Source: an uncultured Ruminococcus sp.
GTDB lineage: Bacteria > Bacillota > Clostridia > Oscillospirales > Ruminococcaceae
DNA: 64,000 nucleotides
Reading direction: 5' to 3'
NCBI GenBank assembly: GCA_947174365.1
Contig: CAMWIR010000001.1
Location: 9,100 to 73,099, forward strand
The notes below the pieces were generated by a model. It ran no database searches. It saw only the letters and a program-made list of their open reading frames with translations, and was not told where the DNA came from. Made by a program: the position numbers and the translations under genes. This document shows, piece by piece, positions 19,681 to 28,337 of the stretch (the first letter of the stretch is position 1; the number at the start of each line of letters is the position of its first letter).

Positions 19681-20067
19681 ATGGCAAAGAAAAAATCCGC
19701 AGGGAAGAAAAAATCTGCGGCAAACAATGCTGCAAAAGCAAAGCCTGTAGAAAAGCTCCCCGCCGATAAATCGGAGGCAACCCCGGAAACTGCCCCCGTA
19801 AAGGCAAAAAGCGAAAGCAAGCCCGATACCGCCAAGGCTAAGGGTGCGGACGCCAAGAAGCAGGCTAAAAAGCCCGGCAAGGTTGCCAAGTATTTCAGAG
19901 ATCTCAGAAGCGAATTCAAAAAGGTGGTCTGGCCTTCCAAAAAGACTGTGGTCAACAACACAGGCGTTGTGCTTGTGGTAATGATCGGATCTGCTCTTGT
20001 GATGTGGGGACTGGATTCGGGCTTTGCGGCGCTTTTGAAGGGACTGCTCTCCTTAGCGGGAGCGTAA
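19681..20067 (+). CDS. secE: Preprotein translocase SecE with Lys/Ala/Pro-rich N-terminal extension
   Basis: YFRDLRSEFKKVVWPSKK plus TM; lies between rpmG and nusG. Confidence 0.93.
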   Translation: MAKKKSAGKKKSAANNAAKAKPVEKLPADKSEATPETAPVKAKSESKPDTAKAKGADAKKQAKKPGKVAKYFRDLRSEFKKVVWPSKKTVVNNTGVVLVVMIGSALVMWGLDSGFAALLKGLLSLAGA

Positions 20068-20091
20068 CGGCTGAAAGGAGAGGTCGGGAAT

Positions 20092-20628
20092 ATGTCAGAC
20101 GAGGCTAAATGGTACGTTGTTCATACTTATTCCGGATATGAGAATAAGGTCGCTCAGACTATCCTGCAGGTTGTGGAAAACCGCAAGCTTCAAGGGCTTA
20201 TTACGGAGGTAAAGGTACCTACCGAAAGAGTGATGGAGAAAAACGACAAGGGCGTTCTGCGAGAGGTTGAGAGGAAAATTTTCCCCGGATATGTGCTTGT
20301 TAAAATGATACTCACCGATGACAGCTGGTACATTTGCAGAAATACCCGTGGAGTAACAGGCTTTGTGGGTCCCGAGAGCAAGCCCGTTCCTTTGAGCGAA
20401 AAAGAGGTCGAAGCTCTTGGCGTTGAAAGCGGCGTTAAGGCTGCCGAGATCGACATCAAGACCGGGGACAGGGTCAAGATCTCCGCAGGGCCTATGGACG
20501 GCTTTGTGGGCGAGGTGAGATCCATTGATCCCGAGGAAAATTCGGTTACGGTCTCTGTTTCCATGTTCGGCAGGGAAACACTGGCTACTCTTGATCTGAG
20601 CCAGGTCAAGGCCGTTACGGACTATTAA
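20092..20628 (+). CDS. nusG: Transcription factor NusG
   Basis: WYVVHTYSGYENKV, FPGYVLV, RNTRGVTGFVG, KOW domain, MFGRET. Confidence 0.97.
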   Translation: MSDEAKWYVVHTYSGYENKVAQTILQVVENRKLQGLITEVKVPTERVMEKNDKGVLREVERKIFPGYVLVKMILTDDSWYICRNTRGVTGFVGPESKPVPLSEKEVEALGVESGVKAAEIDIKTGDRVKISAGPMDGFVGEVRSIDPEENSVTVSVSMFGRETLATLDLSQVKAVTDY

Positions 20629-20700
20629 TTTATTAAAACAAGACGTCTGCGTCCGAAGCAGTTCGGGCAAAGATGTATACGATTTATGGAGGTGTGCGTT

Positions 20701-21126
20701 ATGGCACAGAAAGTTGTTGGCTTAATTAAGCTTCAGATCGCAGCAGGCAAGGCAACTCCTGCTCCCCCTGTTGGTCCTGCTCTGGGTCAGCATGGCGTAA
20801 ATATTATGTCCTTTACAAAGGAATTCAACGAGAGAACAAAGAATGATATCGGTCTTATAATCCCTGTGGTTATCACGGTTTATGCCGACCGTTCATTCTC
20901 ATTCATCACTAAGACCCCTCCTGCCGCAGTCCTCATCAAGAAGGCTATCAATCTTCAGAGCGGCTCGGGCGTTCCCAACAAGACTAAGGTGGGCAAAATA
21001 ACAAAGGATCAGATCAGAAAGATCGCTGAGACCAAAATGCCCGACCTTAACGCTGCTTCCGTGGAAAGCGCTATGAGCATGATCGCAGGCACAGCCCGCT
21101 CCATGGGTGTAGAGGTTGTTGACTAA
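20701..21126 (+). CDS. rplK: 50S ribosomal protein L11
   Basis: [22 protein letters not shown]...[10 protein letters not shown]. Confidence 0.98.
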   Translation: MAQKVVGLIKLQIAAGKATPAPPVGPALGQHGVNIMSFTKEFNERTKNDIGLIIPVVITVYADRSFSFITKTPPAAVLIKKAINLQSGSGVPNKTKVGKITKDQIRKIAETKMPDLNAASVESAMSMIAGTARSMGVEVVD

Positions 21127-21138
21127 CCGAAAATTTAA

Positions 21139-21184
21139 GTGGGAGGATAAACTTTCCGTTGTCTTTTAAGTAAGGCGTTACCAC
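21139..21184 (+). promoter_or_regulatory. Putative L1-binding autoregulatory mRNA site upstream of rplA
   Basis: GTGGGAG...ACCAC arms in the rplK-rplA spacer, matching the known L1 target mimic pattern. Confidence 0.6.
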
Positions 21185-21205
21185 AAATTTACAGGAGGAA
21201 ATTAT

Positions 21206-21901
21206 ATGAAACACGGTAAGAATTATATAGAAAGCTCAAAGCTTGTTGACAAGAACAAGCTCTATGACAGCGCAGAGGCTCTGGAGCTGGCCTGCAAGGC
21301 TGCAAAGGCAAAGTTTGACGAGACTGTTGAGGTACACATCCGTCTGGGCGTTGACTCCCGTCATGCCGATCAGCAGGTAAGAGGCGCAGTTGTACTTCCC
21401 AACGGCACGGGCAAGAAGGTAAGAGTTCTTGTTATCTGCAAGGAGGACAAAATGGAGGCTGCTACGGCGGCAGGCGCCGAATATGTAGGCGGCCAGGATT
21501 ACATTGACAAGATCATGAAGGAAAACTGGATGGACTTTGACGTGCTTATCGCTTCCCCCGATATGATGGGTATGGTAGGCCGTATCGGTAAGATATTAGG
21601 TCCCCGCGGACTTATGCCTAACCCCAAGGCAGGCACTGTTACCCCCGATGTTGCAAAGGCTGTAACAGAGGCTAAGGCAGGTAAGATCGAGTACCGTCTT
21701 GACAAGTCCAACATCATTCACTGCCCTATCGGCAAGGTTTCTTTCGGCAAGGATAAGCTTTCCGAGAACTTCGAGACACTGCTTGAGGCTGTAGTTAAGG
21801 CTAAGCCTGCCGCTGCAAAGGGAACTTATATCAAGTCCTGCTCGGTGGCTTCCACTATGGGCGTTGGTATCCCTGTTTCCACAACCAAGTACGGAGTTTG
21901 A
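21206..21901 (+). CDS. rplA: 50S ribosomal protein L1
   Basis: [16 protein letters not shown]...[32 protein letters not shown]. Confidence 0.98.
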   Translation: MKHGKNYIESSKLVDKNKLYDSAEALELACKAAKAKFDETVEVHIRLGVDSRHADQQVRGAVVLPNGTGKKVRVLVICKEDKMEAATAAGAEYVGGQDYIDKIMKENWMDFDVLIASPDMMGMVGRIGKILGPRGLMPNPKAGTVTPDVAKAVTEAKAGKIEYRLDKSNIIHCPIGKVSFGKDKLSENFETLLEAVVKAKPAAAKGTYIKSCSVASTMGVGIPVSTTKYGV

Positions 21902-21904
21902 GTT

Positions 21905-21975
21905 AGAAGCAAGAATGCGAATCCGCAGGTTCGCCAAGAAACAAGAGGCAAGAGTTTTTCTTGCCTTTGTTTTTT
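21905..21975. repeat. Family B hairpin element (copy 3), downstream of rplA
   Basis: AGAAGCAAGA...AAGAAACAAGAGGCAAGAG-TTTTTCTTGCCTTTGTTTTT. Confidence 0.7.
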
Positions 21976-22117
21976 TGTCGTTAATGCACAAGACAGCTGC
22001 CGTATTTTGTTAATAATCACAATGTATTATTAAAAAATACCGTTTTTCTTGAAAATTTATGTGATGTGTGATATAATATTTTAAATTTCGAAATAGGTAA
22101 AATTATGAGGTGATTTT

Positions 22118-23248
22118 ATGAGATTAAAAAGATCGGCAAGATCGGTATTTTCACTGGCAATGGCTCTGGCTGTTATTTCAAGCGTTTCCGCTTCGGCTTT
22201 TGCTCACCCGGGCAGGACGGACAGCAGCGGCGGACACTACAACAGGTCTACAGGCGAATATCATTACCATAACGGCGGGAGTTCGTCGGGTTCAAGCTCG
22301 AGGTCGACAAGTACAAACACGGGGAGCTCGTCAAGTTCAAGGTCGGGCAGCAGCTCTTCAAGCTCAGCAAACTCAGCAAGCTCACGCAAGGCCAAATGGG
22401 ACGGCGACAAATACTGGAACGGCAGCAAATATGTCACGGGCTTTTGTACCATAGACGGTAAAAAATACTGCTTTGACAGCAGCGGAAAGCTTTACAAAAA
22501 CGAATGGGTAACAAACAGTTCGGGCGAACGCTTTTACATAGGCAGCGACGGCACCGTGTGCACGGGCTGGCACCATGTGGACGGGCACAAATACCACCTT
22601 TGCGACGACGGCAGTATGAGCACAGGCTGGTGCAAGGTGGACGGCAAAAGTTACTTTTTGGGCAATGACGGCATTGCACGCACGGGTTTCAGGAGCATTG
22701 ACGGCAAGGTGTACTGTTTCGACAAGAACGGCGCTATGTGCACAGGCTGGCAGAAGATCGACGGCAGCACCTATTATTTCAAAAGCAGCGGAGAACGTGT
22801 TTCGGGAAAGGTGAAAATAGACGGCAAGGTCTACACCTTTGATGAAAACGGCAGGCTGCAAAATGCAGCTTCCACGGCTGCGGCGGCAGGACAGACCTCC
22901 GCTTTGAAGTGGGGCATGACCATGGACGAGGTAATTGAGGCAAGGCAGCTGGACAAGTATGTGATAGATGAAGATGTGATAATTACAACGGATAAGGTCA
23001 TCAGTGACTGTTATTTCTTTTATGAGGATTCCCTCTGCGGCTACGGCAAATGGACTCTCTACTCAAAGAGTTCCCTTAAAAGCTTTAAGAAAACTCTGGA
23101 GGACGACGGCTGGGAAAATGCAGGCAGCAGCTATGAGGACGGGGTAAGCTATATATATTACACCAAGGACGGTCATATTACAGTGATATTCTATGATGAC
23201 GCTTCGCTGTTCCGGGTAAGATATGCCGATGATTTTATGGATATGTGA
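22118..23248 (+). CDS. Secreted YHYH-domain protein with Ser-rich linker and cell-wall (choline/glucan-type) binding repeats
   Basis: Signal peptide, HPGRTDSSGGHYNRSTGEYHYHN, poly-Ser, about six ~20-aa repeats of type TGWxKIDGKxYYFxxxG. Confidence 0.88.
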   Translation: MRLKRSARSVFSLAMALAVISSVSASAFAHPGRTDSSGGHYNRSTGEYHYHNGGSSSGSSSRSTSTNTGSSSSSRSGSSSSSSANSASSRKAKWDGDKYWNGSKYVTGFCTIDGKKYCFDSSGKLYKNEWVTNSSGERFYIGSDGTVCTGWHHVDGHKYHLCDDGSMSTGWCKVDGKSYFLGNDGIARTGFRSIDGKVYCFDKNGAMCTGWQKIDGSTYYFKSSGERVSGKVKIDGKVYTFDENGRLQNAASTAAAAGQTSALKWGMTMDEVIEARQLDKYVIDEDVIITTDKVISDCYFFYEDSLCGYGKWTLYSKSSLKSFKKTLEDDGWENAGSSYEDGVSYIYYTKDGHITVIFYDDASLFRVRYADDFMDM

Positions 23249-23254
23249 GAACGC

Positions 23255-23310
23255 AGAAGCAGGAAATCAAGAAGCATGAGGCAGGAAAAAGTTTCTTGCC
23301 TCCTTTTTGC
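23255..23310. repeat. Family B hairpin element (copy 4, degenerate)
   Basis: AGAAGCAGGAAATCAAGAAGCATGAGGCAGGAAA...TTTCTTGCCTCCTTTTTGC. Confidence 0.55.
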
Positions 23311-23408
23311 ATTTGACATAGTATACGATTTGACTATGCGGGCTTGTCCGCTTTTTCAAAGCGGGGAGAATTTGCATAAATTATATAAAATTTCGGGAGG
23401 TAAAAAAT

Positions 23409-24221
23409 ATGTTGTGCAAAAGCTGTGGAAATTTTGTAGAAAAATACAGCGTTTTCTGCCGTTTCTGCGGGGCTAAGCAGGCGGCACAAACAGTGCTCCG
23501 TGATTTTGAGATCCAAAACGGTGTGCTGATAAAATATAAGGGAAGAAAGAAAAATGTTGTTATTCCGGATGGTGTAAGGGCGATATGGTTTGAGGCATTT
23601 AAGGACTGCAAATTTATTAAAAGCGTAACTATTCCCCTTAGTGTAAGCTTTATACAGAGTGAGGCATTCGGTGGCTGCACAGCTCTTGAAGAAATAACCA
23701 TTCCGAGTTTATTAGAGCGTATAGGCTCAGAGGCGTTTAATATGTGCACGTCTCTTAAAAGCATAAGCATTCCCTTTGGCATAGAGCATATATACTGGGG
23801 TACATTCCGAAATTGCACATCTCTTAAAAGTGTAACTTTTCCTGATAGTGTAATGACGATAAGTCACCATGCATTTGAAAATTGTACAGCTCTTGAAAGC
23901 ATAAGCATTCCCAACCGTGTAACAGATATAGGCTGGGCTGTATTTAAGAACTGCACATCTCTTAAAAGCGTCACTATTCCCGATAGTGTAATGACGATAT
24001 GGCGATGTGCATTTGAAAACTGCACATCTCTTGAAAGCATAAGTATTTCGGACAGTGTAAGAGAAATACAGATAGGTGCATTTTCCGGCTGCACGAGCCT
24101 TACCGAGGTGAGCGTTCGGGATATTGAATTTAAGCTGGAAAGCACTGCATTTAAAGACTGCCCCCTTGACCCGGACTCAAAAAAGGCGCTTGAAAAATAC
24201 AGTATATACGATAAGGAATGA
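23409..24221 (+). CDS. Zinc-ribbon plus BspA-type leucine-rich repeat protein
   Basis: CKSCG...FCRFCG, then 23-aa repeats AFxNCTSLKSxTIPDSVxxI. No signal peptide. Confidence 0.88.
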   Translation: MLCKSCGNFVEKYSVFCRFCGAKQAAQTVLRDFEIQNGVLIKYKGRKKNVVIPDGVRAIWFEAFKDCKFIKSVTIPLSVSFIQSEAFGGCTALEEITIPSLLERIGSEAFNMCTSLKSISIPFGIEHIYWGTFRNCTSLKSVTFPDSVMTISHHAFENCTALESISIPNRVTDIGWAVFKNCTSLKSVTIPDSVMTIWRCAFENCTSLESISISDSVREIQIGAFSGCTSLTEVSVRDIEFKLESTAFKDCPLDPDSKKALEKYSIYDKE

Positions 24222-24429
24222 TTCACAGCTTCGGGCAGTTTGTGCTTTTATTCCGACCGAAAGCAGAATTGAGCCGGGAATATAGAGTGCAGATAATTTT
24301 CTCCAAAATTTTCGTGAAAATTACCAATAACTACTTGAAAAATCCAAAAGAATATGTTATAATAGCAATATGAACCGGTGCAGGGAAGTGCAATGCACCG
24401 AAAAAACAAGAAAAGAGGTCGTTTGAATC

Positions 24430-25230
24430 ATGGGTTTTCTTACAGGTAAAACAGCGATAATCACAGGCGCAGGCAGGGCTGTACTTTCCGACGGCAAGTG
24501 CGGTTCTATCGGCTACGGCATTGCTACCGCTTATGCAAAAGAGGGCGCAAACCTTGTTATCACGGGACGTAACGTGAAAAAACTGGAGGACGCCAAGGAG
24601 GAGCTAGAAAGGCTCTATGGCATTAAGGTGCTTATCTGTCAGGCGGACATCTGCGACGGTGCGGACAATGAGGCTGTTGCCGGGGACGTTGTAAAGCAGA
24701 CAATGGAAGCTTTTGGCAGGATAGATGTACTTATCAACAATGCTCAGGCTTCCGCTTCGGGCGTGCCTTTGGCCGAGCATACCACAGAGCAGTTCAACCT
24801 TGCAATGTATTCGGGACTGTATGCAACATTCTATTATATGAAAGCCTGCTATCCTCATTTAAAGGAGACCAAAGGCACTGTCATCAACTTTGCCTCGGGC
24901 GCAGGACTTTTCGGTAACTTCGGTCAATGCTCCTACGCTGCTGCAAAAGAGGGCATAAGAGGACTTACAAGAGTTGCCGCTACAGAGTGGGGCAAGGACG
25001 GGATAAATGTAAACATTGTCTGCCCGCTGGCGTGGACGGCGCAGCTGGAGAACTTCGAGAAAGCATATCCCGATGCATTCAAGGCCAATGTTAAAATGCC
25101 CCCCATGGGTCACTATGGCGACAGCGAACTGGAGATAGGCAGAGTTTGCGTACAGCTGGCAAACCCCGACTTCAAGTATATGACGGGCGAGACTATCACC
25201 CTCGAGGGCGGAATGGGTTTAAGACCGTAA
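24430..25230 (+). CDS. SDR oxidoreductase, probable bile-acid 12-alpha-hydroxysteroid dehydrogenase
   Basis: SDR fold (NNAQASASG, YAAAK) with the distinctive insertion TGAGRAVLSDGKCGSIGYGIA and terminus GETITLEGGMGLRP, recalled from clostridial 12-alpha-HSDHs. Confidence 0.8.
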   Translation: MGFLTGKTAIITGAGRAVLSDGKCGSIGYGIATAYAKEGANLVITGRNVKKLEDAKEELERLYGIKVLICQADICDGADNEAVAGDVVKQTMEAFGRIDVLINNAQASASGVPLAEHTTEQFNLAMYSGLYATFYYMKACYPHLKETKGTVINFASGAGLFGNFGQCSYAAAKEGIRGLTRVAATEWGKDGINVNIVCPLAWTAQLENFEKAYPDAFKANVKMPPMGHYGDSELEIGRVCVQLANPDFKYMTGETITLEGGMGLRP

Positions 25231-25296
25231 ATTACGGAGTTTTGTTTGTGGTCTTGATGCTGCGTTGCTTTGTTTTGGGCTGTGACATAACGGCTC

Positions 25297-25331
25297 GGAG
25301 GTTAGAGGTTAGAGGTTAGATGTGAAAGGTG
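25297..25331. repeat. Heptamer tandem element (family A, copy 3, reverse orientation)
   Basis: GGAGGTT AGAGGTT AGAGGTT AGATGTG AAAGGTG. Confidence 0.75.
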
Positions 25332-25377
25332 TTACCTGCTCTTTGAGTTGTTAAAATGTAAAAATGCAGAAAAGTTA

Positions 25378-25420
25378 AATGCTCCCCTTTGGTCGGAATG
25401 TCCGTCAAAAGGGGAGCATT
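25378..25420. terminator. Hairpin between the convergent SDR and EAL genes
   Basis: AATGCTCCCCTTT...AAAGGGGAGCATT. Confidence 0.7.
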
Positions 25421-25442
25421 ATGTGTATGTTATACTGAGAAT

Positions 25443-27179
25443 TTATTCTTTTGTAAGCAGTGCGAAAAAATCGTCCTCGGGCATGGGCTTTGCATAATAA
25501 TATCCCTGTACCTGGTCGCAGCCGATATTCCTCAGAAGCTCCACCTGCTCCTTTGTTTCAACGCCCTCCGCAAGTACGGTTATGTCCAGATTTGCCGCCA
25601 TCTGAAGCACCTGCTCCAGTATACTGCGACCCTTGCTGGAGGTCATCATATTTTCAATGAAACGTTTGTCAAGCTTTATAACGTCAAAGGGGGATTCCAG
25701 CAGAACGTTCAGGGAGGAATATCCGCTTCCGAAATCGTCCATAAGCAGGGTAAATCCGCTTTCTTTCAGCAGGGCAGTCTGCCTGCTGATCTGAAGATCG
25801 TCTGCGGTCTCGGTTATTTCAAGCTCCAGCAGATGCCCGGGAATGCCGCATGAGCGTATCATTTCGGAAAGTATCCGGGTGCACCCGTCCTCTCGTAAAT
25901 GAACTCTCGAAACATTTACCGAAACAGGACACGGTCCGACCCCTGCGTCAATGCACCTGCGGATGAACATACACGCCCTGCGCCATATGTAATGATCGAC
26001 CTTTACGATCGCCCCGTTTTCCTCGATTATGGGTATGAACTGATTGGGATAGATTATTCCCCGTTCGGGGTGCACCCACCGCACAAGCGCCTCCGCTCCT
26101 ATGATCTCATTTTTGGAAATGCTGTATTTGGGCTGAAGATACATACAAAGCTGATTTTCGTCAATTGCTTTTTGAAGATTTTCCTCAATGAATTTCATGT
26201 TATACAGGGAATCCTTGAATTGATCCTTGTAGAAAACGATATTGGAGGAAAAGCCCAGCTTTGCGGTGCGCCTTGCCATGGCAGCCCTGTCCTCAATACG
26301 CCGCAGCTCCATGGTCTTGTCCTCTGCGATATACACGCCGTAGGAGATCTGGAGGGTAACATTCTTGTATTTGCATATACGGGCGTCAAGCTCGGTTATG
26401 AACCGCCTGGGGTAATCCTCGTCGGGAGCTTCCGTTACCACAATAAATACATCGCTGCGCAAATTCAGGTAATATTGCTTCTCGTTGCACTGCTCCTTTA
26501 ATCCCCGCACGATATGATCCAGCACTTCATTTCCGAACTTTTCGCCGTAAAGATCGTTGATGATCTTGAAGCGGCGTATATCAAACTGAATAAAAGCAAC
26601 CTTATCGGCAGTTTCCAGAAGCTCGGTAACATGGCGGCGGAATCTGTTGGAGCGCCCCATGCGCTTGACCATAGTCTGAAGCTCGTCGTTTTCCGGCAGA
26701 TACTCCGGGTCTATGGAAATATCCGCTTTGTAGTTTATGTATTCCGCAGTCATTTCCTCAAGGATCTCTATACTGGCTTCAAGGGCAGCGGGACATCTTT
26801 TGAGGATAAGCCCGTTCTGCCGTATTTCCGCCATTTGATCGGGAATGGATATGTCCTTCCCGAGAATGTCACGGCAGTTCACCTTGCCGTTCATTCTTTC
26901 GGAGAAACGCTTTATAAATTCCTCGGTTTTCTTGTTTCCGTAGACCTCCTGCTCGGTATCGCTGGCATTATAGAAGCCGAAGGTCATACCGAGAACGAGA
27001 AGTCCTGCCGTAATGCACCCGCAGGTATTTCCGCAGCGCATACCGCCTCCGAAACAGGTGCTTATTTTAAAAGCCGTTTTCAGATCAAGCCCGAGATCAT
27101 GGGCAAAAGCGCCGAAAAGAGCCTGTGTGCAGTGATATTTTTCATTCAGAAGCTTGATAGCATTTTCCTTATGAGTCAT
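25443..27179 (-). CDS. C-GCAxxG-C-C domain / degenerate GGDEF / EAL fusion protein
   Basis: N-terminal HCTQAL...FGGGMRCGNTCGCITAG...NCRDIL...RCP; GGDEF-like region with RSDVF; EAL motifs EALVRW, ELEITE, DDFGSGYSSL, AEGVET, QGYYY. Start set at MTHKENA. Confidence 0.88.
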   Translation of the reverse strand: MTHKENAIKLLNEKYHCTQALFGAFAHDLGLDLKTAFKISTCFGGGMRCGNTCGCITAGLLVLGMTFGFYNASDTEQEVYGNKKTEEFIKRFSERMNGKVNCRDILGKDISIPDQMAEIRQNGLILKRCPAALEASIEILEEMTAEYINYKADISIDPEYLPENDELQTMVKRMGRSNRFRRHVTELLETADKVAFIQFDIRRFKIINDLYGEKFGNEVLDHIVRGLKEQCNEKQYYLNLRSDVFIVVTEAPDEDYPRRFITELDARICKYKNVTLQISYGVYIAEDKTMELRRIEDRAAMARRTAKLGFSSNIVFYKDQFKDSLYNMKFIEENLQKAIDENQLCMYLQPKYSISKNEIIGAEALVRWVHPERGIIYPNQFIPIIEENGAIVKVDHYIWRRACMFIRRCIDAGVGPCPVSVNVSRVHLREDGCTRILSEMIRSCGIPGHLLELEITETADDLQISRQTALLKESGFTLLMDDFGSGYSSLNVLLESPFDVIKLDKRFIENMMTSSKGRSILEQVLQMAANLDITVLAEGVETKEQVELLRNIGCDQVQGYYYAKPMPEDDFFALLTKE

Positions 27180-27290
27180 AATAAACCTCCGCCGCAGTTG
27201 ATGGTTTTTACTAAAATCAATTGCTTTGTACAGTTTAATTTTATCACAAATGCTGCCCATTGTCAAGGGATAATAAAAAAGATTATGTAT

Positions 27291-27318
27291 AGAAGTTAGA
27301 GGTAAGAGGTTAGAAAGT
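27291..27318. repeat. Heptamer tandem element (family A, copy 4, reverse orientation)
   Basis: AGAAGTT AGAGGTA AGAGGTT AGAAAGT. Confidence 0.75.
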
Positions 27319-27325
27319 TTTTGGC

Positions 27326-27407
27326 GTCCTCTCATTTTCATTGAGAAATAGAATAAAGAAACAAGAGGCAAGATGTTGGTTTTCTTCATCTAGCCTTTTG
27401 CTTCTAA
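27326..27407. repeat. Family B element (copy 5); left copy of an ~80-bp imperfect direct repeat
   Basis: CTCATTTT...GAGAAA...CAAGAGGCAAGATG...TTCATCTAGCCTTTTGCTTCTAA, matching 28338..28420. Confidence 0.75.
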
Positions 27408-27413
27408 ATGTGA

Positions 27414-27515
27414 CTATTTCTTTTTCTTTTTATTTGCTTCGACCGTAAAAACGACCGCCAAACCAATTCCTAAGATTATCCACGGAAATGCCGCGTTAAA
27501 AAAATCCTGTATCAT
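27414..27515 (-). CDS. 33-aa single-TM small protein
   Basis: Manual translation MIQDFFNAAFPWIILGIGLAVVFTVEANKKKKK; RBS GAGGTG; directly downstream of the 144-aa membrane gene. Confidence 0.65.
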   Translation of the reverse strand: MIQDFFNAAFPWIILGIGLAVVFTVEANKKKKK

Positions 27516-27525
27516 GATTTTCACC

Positions 27526-27960
27526 TCACATTTTTCTTTTATAATATACATTAACAATGACCGTTGCCAATGCGCTGAAAAGCAGTACGGCAACTAAGGA
27601 AAAACAAATTTTTTCATTGAAAAAACCTGCCGCAACAGCAGCCATAGCAGTCCCCATCATTGATATAGCCGAACTCTTTTGCGATGTCTCCTTATTGATG
27701 GCAATGTTGCGCTCATCGGTTTCGTTTATGTACATTTCTTTTAATTTTTTCTCATTGCGCAGGGTGGCAAATGTTCTCGTAAGACTATATACTGCAAATG
27801 ATTCCATTCCGACAAAAACACCCATTGAAACTGCCTGCGCAATATCACTTGCACCATTTGTGAGAAATACGAGCATGAAATACAGTGCAAGACTGCACAG
27901 ACAAACCAAAGTATCAAGTTTAAAACGCCTTTCGACCTTTTTTCTGAAATTCTCCATCAT
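27526..27960 (-). CDS. Four-TM hypothetical membrane protein
   Basis: 144 aa, hydrophobic helices flanking LKEMYINETDERNIAI. Start overlaps the XRE stop (ATGA). Confidence 0.8.
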   Translation of the reverse strand: MMENFRKKVERRFKLDTLVCLCSLALYFMLVFLTNGASDIAQAVSMGVFVGMESFAVYSLTRTFATLRNEKKLKEMYINETDERNIAINKETSQKSSAISMMGTAMAAVAAGFFNEKICFSLVAVLLFSALATVIVNVYYKRKM

Positions 27961-28175
27961 GATCCTCCTTTAAAATTTTCTTCTCCCTCAAAAATGAACA
28001 GCTTCTCGATCGTCATACCAAAGAACTGCGCTGCCTTGTGCGCAAGGATAAGAGAAGCATTATATTTTCCGTTTTCCAATGAAATAATTGTTTGACGAGT
28101 AACACTCAGTGCATCGGCAAGCTCTTGCTGTGTGACCTTCCTTGCCTTGCGAAGTTCCTGAATTCTGTTTTGCAA
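27957..28175 (-). CDS. Small XRE-family HTH regulator
   Basis: MQNRIQELRKARKVTQQELADALSVTRQTIISLENGKYNASLILAHK. Confidence 0.93.
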   Translation of the reverse strand: MQNRIQELRKARKVTQQELADALSVTRQTIISLENGKYNASLILAHKAAQFFGMTIEKLFIFEGEENFKGGS

Positions 28176-28195
28176 TCATATCGCCCTCCTATGAG

Positions 28196-28258
28196 GTAAA
28201 GTTAACTTTACAATATTAGTATAGCACGCTTTACATTAAATGTCAAGTACTTTTTACA
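28196..28258 (-). promoter_or_regulatory. XRE operon promoter with probable operator sites
   Basis: Minus-strand TTGACA-17-TATACT; perfect palindrome GTAAAGTTAACTTTAC (28196..28211) plus two more TTTACA half-sites overlapping the promoter. Confidence 0.7.
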
Positions 28259-28337
28259 TTTTTAGTTTTTTTAACAAAACGATACCAACAAAAGAGTACC
28301 TGTCTGTACATTTCATATCATAAGACAGAAATGATAT

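Noticed and set aside
22433-22850. ~60-nt periodic DNA repeats
   Set aside because: Explained by the encoded cell-wall-binding repeats.
23580-24120. 69-nt periodic repeats (TGCACATCTCTTAAAAG...)
   Set aside because: Explained by the 23-aa BspA-type LRR units, not an array or DGR.
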